NCBI RefSeq assembly: GCF_963921235.1
Contig: NC_086097.1
Coordinates: forward strand, 236,470,001 to 236,534,000
Direction: 5' to 3'
DNA: 64,000 nucleotides
Source of the DNA: Mobula hypostoma
Taxonomy: Eukaryota
Positions 37,649 through 50,400 of the stretch are shown piece by piece. Position 1 is the first letter of the stretch; each line of letters starts with the position of its first letter. Position numbers and translations under genes: made by a program. A model generated the notes under the pieces. The model had not been told where the DNA came from. It ran no database searches and saw only the letters and a list, made by a program, of their open reading frames with translations.

Positions 37649-38160
37649 GGGGTGACATGGTAGCATAGTGCATAATGCTTTACAGTACCAGTGACTTGGG
37701 TACAATTCCCAATGCTGCATGTAAAGAGTTTAGTGAGTTCTCCCTGTGACTACGTAGGTGTCCTCCAAGTGCTTCGGTTTCCTCCCACAGTCCAAAGATG
37801 TTTTGGCTGGAAGGTCAATTGGTCATTTTTTTTATTACTTATTCATTTACAGAATGTGGGCGTCACCAGCTACCAGCATTTATTGCCCATCCCTAGTTGC
37901 CCTTGGGAAGGTGGTGATGAGCTGCCTTCTCGAACAGCTGCGGTCCCTGAGGTGTAGGTACACCCACAGTGCTGTTAGGGAGGGAATTTCATGATTTTGA
38001 CCCAGCAACAATGAAGGAACAGTGATATGTTTCCAAGTCAGAATAGTGAGTGACTTGTAAGTTGTCCTGTGATTCGGTTGCGGTTAAATTGAGAGATTGC
38101 TGGACAGTCTGGCTTGAAGTGCCTATTCCATGCTGCTTCTCAATAAATAGATAAATAATT
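37649..38160 (+). mobile_element. tRNA-derived V-SINE/HE1-like SINE, interrupted at about 37827-38054
   Basis: Decayed A/B-box head (tggtagcatagtg..gggtacaattcc), central cggtttcctcccacagtccaaaga, CR1-like tail and aataaa repeats. Confidence 0.7.
37827..38054 (-). mobile_element. 3' end of another LINE family (CR1/L2 group) inserted in the SINE
   Basis: T-rich terminus followed by ccagcatttattgcccatccctagttgcccttg..; SINE sequence resumes after it. Confidence 0.5.
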
Positions 38161-38297
38161 AAATAATTCAGCTGAGGGATTGGATACATTTGTCAATTCA
38201 ACTTTTGCCCTTGCGGTCAGTATTACAGTTTCTTAATTTTACTGTATGTTTATCATTTTTATTTACTCTGATTTAAAGCAGTTCAAAATAAGTGTCA

Positions 38298-38454
38298 CGC
38301 GCAAAATACCAGAGGAACTCAACAGGCCAGGCAGCATCTATGGAAAAGAGTAAACAGTCCATGTTTTGAGCCGAGACTCTTCATCAGGACTCAGCCTGTA
38401 AAGTTCCTCCAGCATTTTGTGTGTAGCTTTGGATTTCCAGCAGCTGCACATTTT
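38298..38454 (+). mobile_element. Older PLE pLTR fold-back insertion
   Basis: TSD aaaataagtgtca / aaaataaatgtca (38285-38297, 38455-38467); minus-strand hammerhead relic at 38356-38391. Confidence 0.7.
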
Positions 38455-38574
38455 AAAATAAATGTCATATTCTTTGGTTAATATTTTTAAACTGAATATT
38501 TCAACTGATTATAGCTACTTTAAATGTTTCTGATTATCAGAGATATTTATGAAGAATGAAAGTGACTGTAGACA

Positions 38575-39180
38575 GAATCAGTGTCAAGTTTATTTTTACT
38601 AACTTGCGTATTTTGTGAAATTTGGTGTTTCATGGCAGCAGTACAGAACAAGATATCAAAATTATTATAAGTTATAAAGATAAATAAATAGTGCAAAAGA
38701 CAAAAAGCAAGGTAGTGTTTTTGGGTTCATGGACTGTTTGAACATGTGTTGGTGAAGAAGCTGTTCTTCAGAATGTGGAGTGCAAGTCTTCAAGTACCTC
38801 CTTCCCATTGGTAGTAAGAGGAAGAGGGAATGTCCTGAATGGTGAGGGTCCTTAATGATGGATGCCACTTTCTTGAGACACCGCCACTTGAAGTCATCTT
38901 TGATTGTGGGTGGATGGTGTCAACATCCCTCTGCTGCCTCTTGCAATGGAGGCTCTACATCAGACAGTCATGCATCTAATCAGAATGCTCTCCACCATAC
39001 ATAATGAATTTCGTGACATAAGCCAGTGATATTAAACCTAATTCCGATCTGGTTCTGACACTTCTGTAGAAATTTGCTCTTGTCTTTGGTAAAATACCAA
39101 ATCTTCTCAGATTCATAATGAATTAGAGCCACCGGAGTGTCTTCTTCATAACTACATTAATATGCTGGGCCCAGGAATAG
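38575..39180 (-). mobile_element. Degraded Rex1/Babar 3' fragment
   Basis: ASIIKDPHHSGHSLFLLLPMGRRY. Confidence 0.65.
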
Positions 39181-39234
39181 AACTCACATCGCTGGGCATG
39201 TTGATGCCTAGCAAACACAGAACATAGAACATAG

Positions 39235-40410
39235 GATGTAGTGTACCTGGACTTTCAGAAAGCCTTTGATAAAGTCCCACATAGGAGATTAGTGGGCAAA
39301 ATTAGGGCACATGATATTGGGGGCAGAGTACTGACATGGATTGAAAATTGGCTGGCTGACAGAAAACAAAGAGTAGCGATTAACAGGTTCCTTTTGGAAT
39401 GGCAGGCGGTGACAGTGGGGTACCGCAGCTGTTTACAATATATATTAATGATTTAGATGAGGGAATTAAAAATAACATTACCAAATTTTCCAGTGACACA
39501 AAGCTGGGTGGCAGTGTGAAATGTGAGAAGGATGTTATGAGAATGCAGGGTGACTTGGACAGGCTGGGTGAGTGGGCAGATGCATGGCAGATGCAGTTTA
39601 TTGTGAATAAATGTGAGGTTATCCATTTTGGTGGTAAGAACGGGAAGGCAGATTATTATCTAAATGGACAAGTTAGGAAAAGGGGAAGCACAACAAGATC
39701 TACGTGTTCTTGTACATCAGTCACTGAAAGCAAGCATGCAAGTACAGCAGGCAGTGAAGAAAGCTAATGGCATGCTGGCCTTCATAACAAGGGGAATTAA
39801 GTATAAGAGCAAGTCCTTCTGCAGCTGTACAGGGCCCTGGTGAGACCACGCCTGGAGTACTGTGTGCAGTTTTGGTCTCCAAATTTGAGGAAGGACATTC
39901 TTGCTATTGAGGGAGTGCAGCGTAGGTTCACAAGGTTAATTCCCGGGATGGCGGGACTGTCATATGTCAAAAGATTGGAGCGACTGGGCTTGTATACTCT
40001 GGAATTTAGAAGGCTGAGAGGGGATCCTATTGAAACATATAAGATTATTAAGGGATTAGACACGCTGGAGGCAGGAAACATGTTCCCGCTGATGGGTGAG
40101 TCCAGAACCAGAGGCCACAGTTTAAGAATAAGGGGTAGGCCATTTAGAACGGAGTTGAGGAAAAACTTTTTCACCCAGAGAGTGGTGGATATATGGAATG
40201 CTCTGCCCCAGAAGGCTGTGGAGGCCAAGTCTCTGGGTGCTTTCAAGAAAGAGATGGATAGAGCTCTTAAAGATAGCGGAATCAAAGGTTATGGGGATAA
40301 GGCAGGAACTGGATTCTGATTGTGGATGATCAGCCATGATCACAGTGAGTGGCGGTGCTGGCTCATAGGGCCGAATGGCCTACTCCTGTACCTATTGTCT
40401 ATTGTCTATT
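39235..40410 (+). mobile_element. 5'-truncated CR1 LINE
   Basis: [26 protein letters not shown]; (CTATTGT)n tail. Confidence 0.9.
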
Positions 40411-40477
40411 GAAATTTACAGCACATTACAGGCCCTTCAACCCACATGGCCATTTCCTGGTAAACCACTTTGACAAG

Positions 40478-41918
40478 TGGGCTAGGATCTTTATGTCCTC
40501 GTTGTCCACGGGAATGGTACTGGAGGATTGGAGGGAGGCGAAGGTAGCTGGGATAGTCCAGGTAATTATAGACCAGTGAGCCTTATGTCTGTGGTGGGAA
40601 AGCTGTTGGAAAAGATTCTTAGAGATAGGATCTATGGGCATTTAGAGAATCATTGTCTGATCAGGGACAGTCAGCATGGCTTTGTGAAGGGCAGATCGTG
40701 TCTACCAAGCCTGATAGAGTTCTTTGAGGAGATGACCAGGCATATAGATGAGGGTAGTGCAGTGGATGTGATCTATATGGATTTGAGTAAGGCATTTGAC
40801 AAGGTTCCACACAGTAGGCTTATTCAGAAAGTCAGAAGGCATGGGATCCAGGGAAGTTTGGCCAGGTGGATTCAGAACTGGCTTGCCTGCAGAAGGCAGA
40901 GGGTGGTGGTGGAGGGAGTACATTCAGATTGGAGGATTTTGACTAGTGGTGTCCCACAAGGATCTGTTCTGGGACCTCCACTTTTCGTGATTTTTATTAA
41001 CGACCTGAATGTGGGGGTAGAAGGCTGGGTTGGCAAGTGTGCAGACAACACAAAGGTTGGTGGTGTTATAGATAGCGTAGAGGATTGTCAAAGATTGCAG
41101 ACAGACAGTGATAGGATGCAGAAGTGGGCTGAGAAGTGGCAGATGGAGTTCAACCCGGAGAAGTGTGAGGTGGTACACTTTGGAAGGACTAACTCCAAGG
41201 CAGAGTACAAAGTCAATGGCAGAATACTTGGTAGTGTGGAGGAGCAGAGGGATCTGGGGGTACATGTCCATAGATCCCTGAAAGTTGCCTCACAGGTGGA
41301 TAGGGTAGTTAAGAAAGCTTATAGGGTGTTAGCTTTCATAAGTTGAGGGATAGAGTTTAAGAGTCGCAATGTAATGATGCAGCTCTATTAAACTCTGGTT
41401 AGGACACACTTGAAGTACTGTGTCCAGTTCTGGTCGCCTCACTATAGGAAGGATGTGGAAACATTGGAAAGGGTACAGAGGAGATTTACCAGGATGCTGC
41501 CTGGTTTAGAGAGTATGCATTAAGGGAGGTAGGGCTTTACTCTTTGGAGAGAAGGAGGATGAGAGGAGACATGATAGAGGTGTACAAGATAATAAGAGGA
41601 ATAGATAGAGTGGATAGCCAGCGCTTCTTCCCCAGGGCATCACTGCTCAATACAAGAGGACATGGCTTTAAGGTAAGGGGTGGGAAGTTCAAGGGGGATA
41701 TTAGAGGAAGGTTTTTTTACTCAGAGAGTGTTTGGTGCGTGGAATGCACTGCCTGAGTCAGTGGTGGAGGCAGATACACTAGTGAAGTTTAAGAGACTAC
41801 TAGTCAGGTATATGGAGGAATTTAAGGTGGGGGGTTATATGGGAGGCAGGGTTTGAAGGTCGGCATAACATTGTGGGCTGAAGGGCCTGTAATGTGCTGT
41901 ACTATTCTATGTTCTATG
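40478..41918 (+). mobile_element. 5'-truncated CR1 LINE (same subfamily as 27976-30300 and 57808-58347)
   Basis: ORF 40528-41346 with [24 protein letters not shown]; (TTCTATG)n tail. Confidence 0.9.
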
Positions 41919-42544
41919 TAAACCCCAAAGATATAGGGATATGTCTGTCCTAGCCTGCAATTTCAGCTTTGGTTGACTGGGTGGATGAGACCTATAGCGA
42001 AATCCAACAGGCAGGAAGGTGGCACTGCAATGCTTCGTGGAGAGTGAAATGCATGACAAGGCATAGAAGATGCCATGGTCATCCACTGCACCCAAGGAAA
42101 ATCTCAGTCTGTGACAATTGTTTGTACCTCTTGACTTGGACCTCCAAGGTCGAGAGAGTGGAACCGTCTCAGTGCAACGGCTTTTCCACCTTAAAAATTC
42201 TCCCACACAGGTTTTCTGTCATCATTGGACATGGTGGACAACCACCACGTAATTTATTGCTGTATGTGTGTCAGTGGCCGCAATTTAATCTCTGAATAAG
42301 CAAATCCAATCCAAAAAACTGAGTACTCAAGGATGTTACTTATGTTACATTTGCTGGAATTGCTGCCTTTCACATAGAGCAAGAAACCAAGACTCTGTTT
42401 GACTTTGCAGACGAACATAGAAGAGATCAGGAAATTTATCCTTCATTCAGGGTATTACCCCATATGAGCAGGTAGTATGTTGTGTATTCTCCTACACAGT
42501 AATTTGAATGAATTATTGTATGTAAAGATGGTGGGCACATTGTG

Positions 42545-43025
42545 ATATAGAGCACAGAGAAAAGTTACAATGATGTTGCCAGGTCTGGAGGACCTGAGTT
42601 ATATGGAAAGATTGAATAGGTTAGGACTTGAAACATGAAGGACTGAGAGGAGATTTGAGACAGGTATACAAAATTATGAGTGGTATAGATAGGGTAAATG
42701 AAAGCAGGCTTTTTCCAGTGAGGTTGGGTAGGACTACAATCAGAGGACATGGGTTAAGGGTGAAAGGTAGAAGGTTTAAGGGGACCATGAGGGGAAACAT
42801 CTTCACTCAGAGGGTCATCGGGGTGTGGAGCGAGCTGCCAGCAAAAGCGGGCACTGTGAGCTCAATTTAAATATTTAGGAGAAGTTTAGACAGGTACATG
42901 GATGGTAGGAGTAGGCAGGGCTATGGTCCCATTGCAGGTGGATGGGAGTACGCGGATTAAATCGTTCATCAGGGACTGGATGAGCCAAAGGGGCTACGTC
43001 GGTGCTGTATTTTTTCCATGACTTC
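42545..43025 (+). mobile_element. Old CR1 3' fragment
   Basis: LRGDLRQVYKIMSGIDRV..RGHGLRVKG..FTQRVIGVWSELP. Confidence 0.8.
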
Positions 43026-43171
43026 TCCGATTTCTTCTTCTCCATTGTCAGATCTCTGAACACTACATGAATCTATCATTATTCATATTTACCAACCTCA
43101 TTGTTCATTTTGGCACCATTTATTATTTTATAATTTATAGTAATTTTATCTAATTTCACTGTACCTCTACC

Positions 43172-43240
43172 TGGGGTAGCATTGTAGCCTAGTGGTTGGC
43201 ATACTGGTGCTTCACAGTACCAGTGACCGGGATTCAATAT
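43172..43240 (+). mobile_element. tRNA-like SINE head fragment
   Basis: gtagcctagtggtt (A box) and gggattcaat (B box-like); shares acagtaccagtgac with the SINE at 37649. Confidence 0.55.
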
Positions 43241-43390
43241 TAATGAGATATAGATATGACTTAACCTTGACTATACATAATGAATTAGTCTCCACAGAAG
43301 CATGGAAGCACAGAAGCTGGAGTTCGAAGCATGGTGACACTTGTGCGCTTCTCCCAACACATATTTAGACTGTGTTGTGCTGTGTGGCTA

Positions 43391-44530
43391 GGTATAGCTC
43401 AAATGCCATCTAGAAATTTGCTGATGTTACAACCATTGCTGGTAGAATCTCAAATGGAGATGTAAGGGCCGACAGAGCGAGATAAACCAGCTAGCTGAGC
43501 GTTGTCACAGCAACCACCTTGCACTCAATGTTGTAAAACAAAAGAGCTGATTGAAGACTTCAGGAAGGGTAAGACGAGGGAACAGGAAACAGTCCTCGTA
43601 GAGAGATCAGAAATGGAGAGAGTGAGCAATTTCAAGTTCCTGGGCATCAAGATCTCTGAGGTCCCAACATATCGATGCAGCTGTAAAGAAAGTAAAACAA
43701 TGGCTATATTTCAATCAGAGTTTGAAGAGATTTGATTTATCAACTAAAACACTTGAAAACTTCTAATGATTGAATGGTGGATCATATGCGATGGGCCAAA
43801 TGGCCTAATTCTGCTCCTATGTCTTATGTACTATGGAGAGCATTCTGATGGGCTGCATCACTGTCTGGTATAGGTGGGAGGGCTACTACCTGGGACCAAA
43901 AGAGGGTACAGAAAGATGTTAAATTAGTCAACACCATTTTGGATACTAGCCTCCATGACATCCAAGACATCTTCAAGGATTGGTGCCTCAGAAAGGTGGT
44001 GTCTAATATTAAGATATTGAGGATTCCCATCAGCCAGGACATAGAAACATAGAAAATAGGTGCAGGAGTAGGCCATTCGGCCCTTCGAACCTGCACCGCC
44101 ATTTATTATGATCATGGCTGATCATCCAACTCAGAACCCTGCCCCAGCCTTCCCTCCATACCCCCTGATCCCCGTAGCCACAAGGGCCATATCTAACTCC
44201 CTCTTAAATATAGCCAATGAACTGGCCTCAACTGTTTCCTGTGGCAGAGAATTCCACAGATTCACCACTCCCTGTGTGAAGAAGTTTTTCCTAATCTCAG
44301 TCCTAAAAGGCTTCCCCTTTATCCTCAAACTGTGGCCCCTTGTTCTCTTCTTTATTGATACCATCAGGAGGAGGTACAGAAACCTGAAGGCACACACTCA
44401 GCTATTCAGAAACAGCTTCTTCCCCTCTGCCATATGATTCCATGAACACTACCTCACTGTTTATATGTATATATACATAATTTCTGTTTTTCACTACTTA
44501 GTGTAATTGATCTTTTTTTTCTTCTTTCTA
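43391..44530 (+). mobile_element. Degraded Rex1/Babar fragment hosting CR1 tails (43767-43826 plus; 44040-44340 minus)
   Basis: KTKELIEDFRK, SNFKFLGIKISE, RNSFFPSAI; 44040-44340 is near-identical to 18391-18690. Confidence 0.7.
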
Positions 44531-44537
44531 TATTAAG

Positions 44538-45745
44538 CCATAAGATATAGGAGCAAACTTTGGCCATTAGTTTCATCGAGTGTGCTCCACTATTCAATCA
44601 TGGCTATTCTTTTACTACCCCCCCAACACCATTCCCTGGCATTTTCACTGTAACCTTTGTCCAATCAAGAGCTGATGAATCTTTGCCTTAAATACACCCA
44701 GTGACCTGACCTCCACAACTGCCTCTGGTTACAAATTCACCACCCTCTGGCTAAAGAAATTTCTCTGCATCTCTGTTTTAAATGTAAACCCCTCTAGCCT
44801 GAGGCTGTGTCCTCTTGCCCTAGACTTCGCCACCATGGGAAACATCCTTTCTACATGTACTCTGTCTAGACCTTTCACTGAGATCCCCCTCATTATTCTT
44901 CAAAATTCCAGCAAGTACAGACCCAAGCCATGAGACTTTCCTCGTATGATAACCCTTTCATTCCCAGAATCATCCTTGTGAACTGTCTCTGGACTCTCTC
45001 CAATGCCAGCACAACTTTTCTTAGATGAGGAGCTCAAAACTGTTCACAACACTCAAGGTGAGGCCTCACTGGTGTCTTATAAAGCCTCAGCATCACATCC
45101 CTGCTCTGGTATTCAAGACCTCTTGAAATGAATGCTATCATTGCATTTGCCTTCCTCACCATTGACTCTACCTGCAAGTTAACCTTTAAGATGTTCTGCA
45201 CAAGGACACCCAAGTCCCTTTGCATGTCAGATTTTTGGATTTTCTCCATGTTTAGAAAATAGTCTGCACATTTATTTCTACTACCAAAGTGCATGACCAT
45301 GCATTTTCCAATGTTGTATTTCATTTGCCACTTTCTTGCCCATTCTCCTAACCTGTCTAAGTTCTTCTGCAGCCTACCTGTTTCCTCAACACTACCAATC
45401 CTTGTATTATCTGCAATCTTGGCAACAAAGCCTTCTATTCCATCATCTAAATCATTGATATACAGCATTAAAAGAAGCGGTCCCAATACCGACACCTGCG
45501 GAACACATCTAGTCACTGGCAGCCAACCAGACAAGGATCCTTTTATTCCCACTCGCTGCCTCCGACCAGTCAGCCAAAGCTCTAACCACGTCAGTAACTT
45601 TCCTGTAATACTATGGGCTCTTAACTTGGTAAGCATTCTCATGTGTAGCACCTTGTCAAAGGCCTTTCAGAAGTCCAAGTATATAACATCTATTACAGCC
45701 CCTTTATCTATCCTACTTGTAATCTCCTCAAAGAATCTCAACAAA
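44538..45745 (-). mobile_element. Degraded 5'-truncated CR1 LINE
   Basis: ORF 45034-45651 (VPQVSVLGPLL, VRPHLECCEQF); ccataagatataggagca tail. Confidence 0.85.
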
Positions 45746-47234
45746 TATCATGTATTGCTGCTGCTAAATTAACAAACTTCACAACACACGCCAGTGACAT
45801 CTGATTTTGATGCAAATGATGCACTTCCTTGTAAGTATTGATCTTTCAATGTACAGTTGACAGATAAAGATAAACTTTATCTACAGCTCTCCAGGTTGTA
45901 ACAAATTTGCCTCATTTCAGGTATTTTATCATGAGGTGCTGCCATCTAATCTTGAATTCTCCCACTCCTCACTGCCCCTACCCTATCAAACTTCCTCAGA
46001 AGTATTTGTCCACTCAATTAAAACTCAATTCTGCAGATTTTATGTCCAAAGTTCCAACAGTTTATAGTGTGAGAATGATCCAACAAAACTATCATTTACA
46101 ACGCTGAATTAAGAGACAATTTCAAAACACTAAGGAAATGAAAAGTAAACTTTTTAAAATTTATTTCGAGATACAGCATAGTAACAGACCCTTCTGGACC
46201 AACAAGTGTAAGACTTCACTCAATACAACTCAGAAGTTATTCCTCAATCTATAGGCTCCCTTTCAAGAACACTAAAAATTCATGTTCTTAGCATTTTTTG
46301 TTAACTTGTACATTTTGTCTTCATCGTTGGTTGTTTGTGAGTTTTTATTTTTGATTTTTTTTGGTAAATTCTATTGGATTTCTATTTTTCCCTGTACATT
46401 CCTGCAAGAAAATAACTCTCAAGGTAGTATATGGTGACTTATTTGCACCTTGATAAGATATTTACTTTGACTTTGCTTTTTCTTTCCAATGTGGGAAGAA
46501 ACCAGAGTACCCAGAGGTAAAAGTCCCTGGAATACTTTGGAATGCTGAGAGCGACCCTGCTTAGAATAGTGAGTACTTTCCTGCTAATCAGATTTTCCAA
46601 AGTAACATACACAAAATCCCAGAAGAATTCAACAACTCAGGCAGCATCTGCAGAGGAAAATAAAATTTGAGCATTGGGAAATCATCTGAAGATGCACTTC
46701 AAAAGGGAGTGTTTAGAGCAATTCAAAAAGAAAGGGGGAAAGCAGCAAGATGAGGAGCTATGAGAGTAATGCATGTGGGAGTGGAGGGAATAGGAGGGAA
46801 AACATCTGCAAGAGCACCTCATTGAGATTTGCGCCCTCCCAACTGATATGATAAGCCCAGAACTCCAAGCCTGCACTTCTCTTGTTCAGTATATAAGGAA
46901 GATGTACTTCTGCCATAAGAAAGCAAGAAAGATGCCACAGTCTACAAGAAAATAAACATCAAACTGCAATAGTTAGCACAGCATTGCTTGTTGCTACCCT
47001 GAGGTCTTTGCCTCAGGCATCTTCCATTCTGCCATGAGGGATATTTGTATCATTAGTTAGTCTACATTTCATGCCTCACTCAAACAAACCCCTGCTGTTG
47101 TGTTTGGTAAAGTAAGTACCTGAATCACCCTCCCTACTGTCAAACTGAAGTGACAGAATATAACTTATGAATCTGCACAGCTTGCAGGAACGTACATCAT
47201 AGGTTGCACCTACAACAGCTTGAAGTCTCCACCA

Positions 47235-47341
47235 TGGAACATCCTGATGAAGGGTCTTGGAGGGAAACTCCAAATCTTTATTCCTTTCCATAGATTTTGT
47301 CTGACCTGCTGAGTTCCTCCAGCATTTTGTGTTTGTTACTC
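47235..47341 (+). mobile_element. Short degraded PLE pLTR insertion
   Basis: cctgatgaagggtcttgg..gaaac..gacctgctgagttcctccagcattttgtg; degenerate 14-bp TSD tgaagtctccacca / tgaaggttccacta. Confidence 0.55.
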
Positions 47342-47419
47342 TGAAGGTTCCACTATTTAACCAGATCTTTCAGGAATCTCAAAAGCTTCATCTGTTTTTA
47401 GCTTCTGCTAATCATTTAT

Positions 47420-50400
47420 GGGTTTGATCAAGGCACGATTATGCAAGCACGTGAACATCAGAGAGTTGGACTGGCGGGAAGGATATAAAAGAAAAAAGTT
47501 TTTTCCTTAACTGCTTGATCGAGGCACGACTGCGCAAGCGCGTGGACGTCAGCGAGTTAGACCGGCAGGAAGGATTTAAAAGAAGACACCTTTATAGAAC
47601 GGGTGTCAGAGGAGCAGGCGATGGAGTAGAGAGAGACAGAGTAGGAGGGCTTTGTTAGACCGAGCTTCGGCGATGACAGTTTGAGGCGAGGTAAGCTCCT
47701 GGTGAGGAATAGAAAGTATGTCTGTGAGGCCGGTGTTCTGTATTGGGTGTCAGATGTGAGAAGTGCGGGAGACTCCCAACCTCCTGGACAGCCACATCTG
47801 CACCAGATGTGTCGAGCTTCAGATCCTCAGGGACCTGGTTAGGGAACTGGATATGCAGCTCCATGACTTCATCTGGTCAGGGAAAGTGAGGAGGTGATAG
47901 AGAGGAGCTACAGGCATGTAGTCACACCGGTGCCTCGGGACACAGATAAGTCAAAAGAGGGAAAGACAAAAGTCAAGTACTAGAGAATATCCCAGCGGCT
48001 GTCCCCCTTAACAATAAGTACTCCTGTTTGAGTACTGTTGCGGGGGATGGCCTACCTGGGGGAAGCAACAGTGGTCAGCTACTGGCACAGAGTCTGGCCC
48101 TGTGGCTCAGAAGGGTAGGGAAAGGAAGAGGATGGCAGGAGTGATAGGGGACTCTATAGTTAGGGGGGCCAGACAGGCAATTCTGTGGATGCAGGAAAAA
48201 TGGTAGTTTCCCTCCCAGGTGTCAGGGTCCGAGATGTTTCTGATCACGTTCATGACGTCCTGAAGTGGGAAGGTGAACAGCCAAAGGTTGTGGTGCATAT
48301 TGGTACCAATGACATAGGTAGGGAAAGGGAGGAGGTCCTGAAAACAGACTACAGGGAGTTAGGAAGGAAGTTGTGAAGCAGGACCTCAAAGGTAGTAATC
48401 TTGGGATTACCGACTGTGCCATGTGACAGTGAGTATAGGAATAGAGTGAGGTGGAGGATAAACGCGTGGCTGAGGGATTGGAGCAGAGGGCAGGGATTCA
48501 GATTTCTGGATTATTGGGACCTCTTTTGGGGCAGTCGTGACCTGTATAAAAAGAATACAAGGGGGTTCAATATCCTGGCAGGGAGGTTTCTAAGGCTAAT
48601 AGGGAGAGTTTAAACTTGAATTGCTGGGGGGTGGGAACCGAACGGAAGAGACAGAGAAGGGGGCAGTTGGCTCACAAATAGAGAAAGCTTGTAGGCAAGA
48701 TGAGAGGTAGGATAGGCAGGTGATAGAGAAGGGATGTGCTCAGACTGATGGTTTGAGATGTGTCTATTTTAATGCGAGGAGAATCATGAACAAAGCAGAT
48801 GAGCTTAGAGCATGGATTAGTACTTGGTGATTTGATGTTGTAGCATTACAGAGACTTGGATGGCTCAAGAGCAGGAATGGGTACTTAGAGTGCCAGGCTT
48901 TAGATGTTTCAGAAATGACAAGGAGGGAGGCAAAGGAGTTGGGGGTGCGGCACTGTTGATTAGAGATAGTGTCATGGCTGCAGAAAAGGAGGAAGTCATG
49001 GAAGGATTGTGGGTGGACCTTAGGAACAGGAAGGACCTCCCAGCAGTAACAGGGACATCAAGGAGCAGATAGAGCAGATAGGGAGACAGATTCTGGAAAG
49101 GTGTGATAATAAAAGGGTCATCATGGTGGGAGATTTTAATTTCTCAAATATTGATTGGCATCTCCCTAGAACAAGGGGTTTAGATGGGTTAGAGTTTGTA
49201 AGATGTGTTCAGGAAGGTTCCCTGACACAATATGTAGATAAGCCAAAAGAGGAGAGGCTATACTTGATTTGGTAGTGGGAAATGAACCTGGCCACGTCTC
49301 AGGTCTCTCAGTGGGAGAGCATTTTGAAGATAGTGATCATAACTCTATCTCCTTTACCATAGCATTGGAGAGGGATAGGAACAGTCAAGTTAGGAAAGTG
49401 CTTAACTGGAGTAAGTGGAAATATGAAGCTATCAGGCAGGAACTTGGAAGTATAAATTGGAAACAGATGTTCTCAGGGAAATGTACGGCACAAATGTGGC
49501 AAATGTTCAGGTGATATTTGCGTGACATTCTGCATAGGTACGTTCCAATGAGACAGGGAAAGGTAGGGTATAGGAAATGTGGTATACAAAGGATGTTGAA
49601 AATTTAGTCAAGAAGCAAAGAAAAACTTACGAAAGGTTCAAAAAACTAGGTAATGATAGAGTTCTAGAAAATTATAAGACTAGCAGGAAGGAGCTTAAGA
49701 ATGAAATTAGGAAAGACAGAAGGGGCCATGAGAAGGCCTTGGCGAACAGGATTAAGGAAAACCCCAAGGCATTCTACAAGTATGTGAAGAGCAAGAGGAT
49801 AAGACATGAGAGAATAGGACCAGTCAAGTGTGACAGTGGAAAAGTGTATATGGAACCAGAGGAGATAGCAGAGGTACTTAATGAATACTTTGCTTCAGTA
49901 TTCACTAGGGAAAAGGACCTTGGCGATTGTAGGGATGACTTACAACGGACTGAAAAGCTTGAGCATGTAGATATTAAGAAAGAGGATGTGCTGGAGCTTT
50001 TGGAAAGCATCAAGTCACCGGGACAAGTCACCGGGACCGGATGAGATGTACCCCAGGCTACTGTGGGAGCCGAGGGAGGAGATTGCTGATCCTCTGGCAA
50101 TGATCCTTGTATCATCAATGGGGACGGGAGAGGTTCTGGAGGATTGGAGGATTTCAGATGTTGTTCCCTTATTCAAGAAAGGGAGTAGAGATAGTCCAGG
50201 AAATTCAACCCAAATAGGTGTGAGGTGGTTCATTTTGGTAGGTCAAATATGATGGCAGAATATAGTATTAATGGTAAGACTCTTGGCAATGTGGAGGATC
50301 AGAGGGATCTTGGGATCTGAGTCCATAGGACACTCAAAGCTTCTGCGCAGGTTGACTGCATGGTTAAGAAGTCATACGGTGCATTGGCCTTCATCAACCA

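Noticed and set aside
37649..37715. tRNA gene (also 43172-43240)
   Set aside because: Decayed SINE heads; no complete cloverleaf
39220..40446. Inverted copy of a CR1 tail upstream of the 40478-41918 element (possible twin priming)
   Set aside because: Equally explained by an independent short antisense insertion; no flanking TSD found
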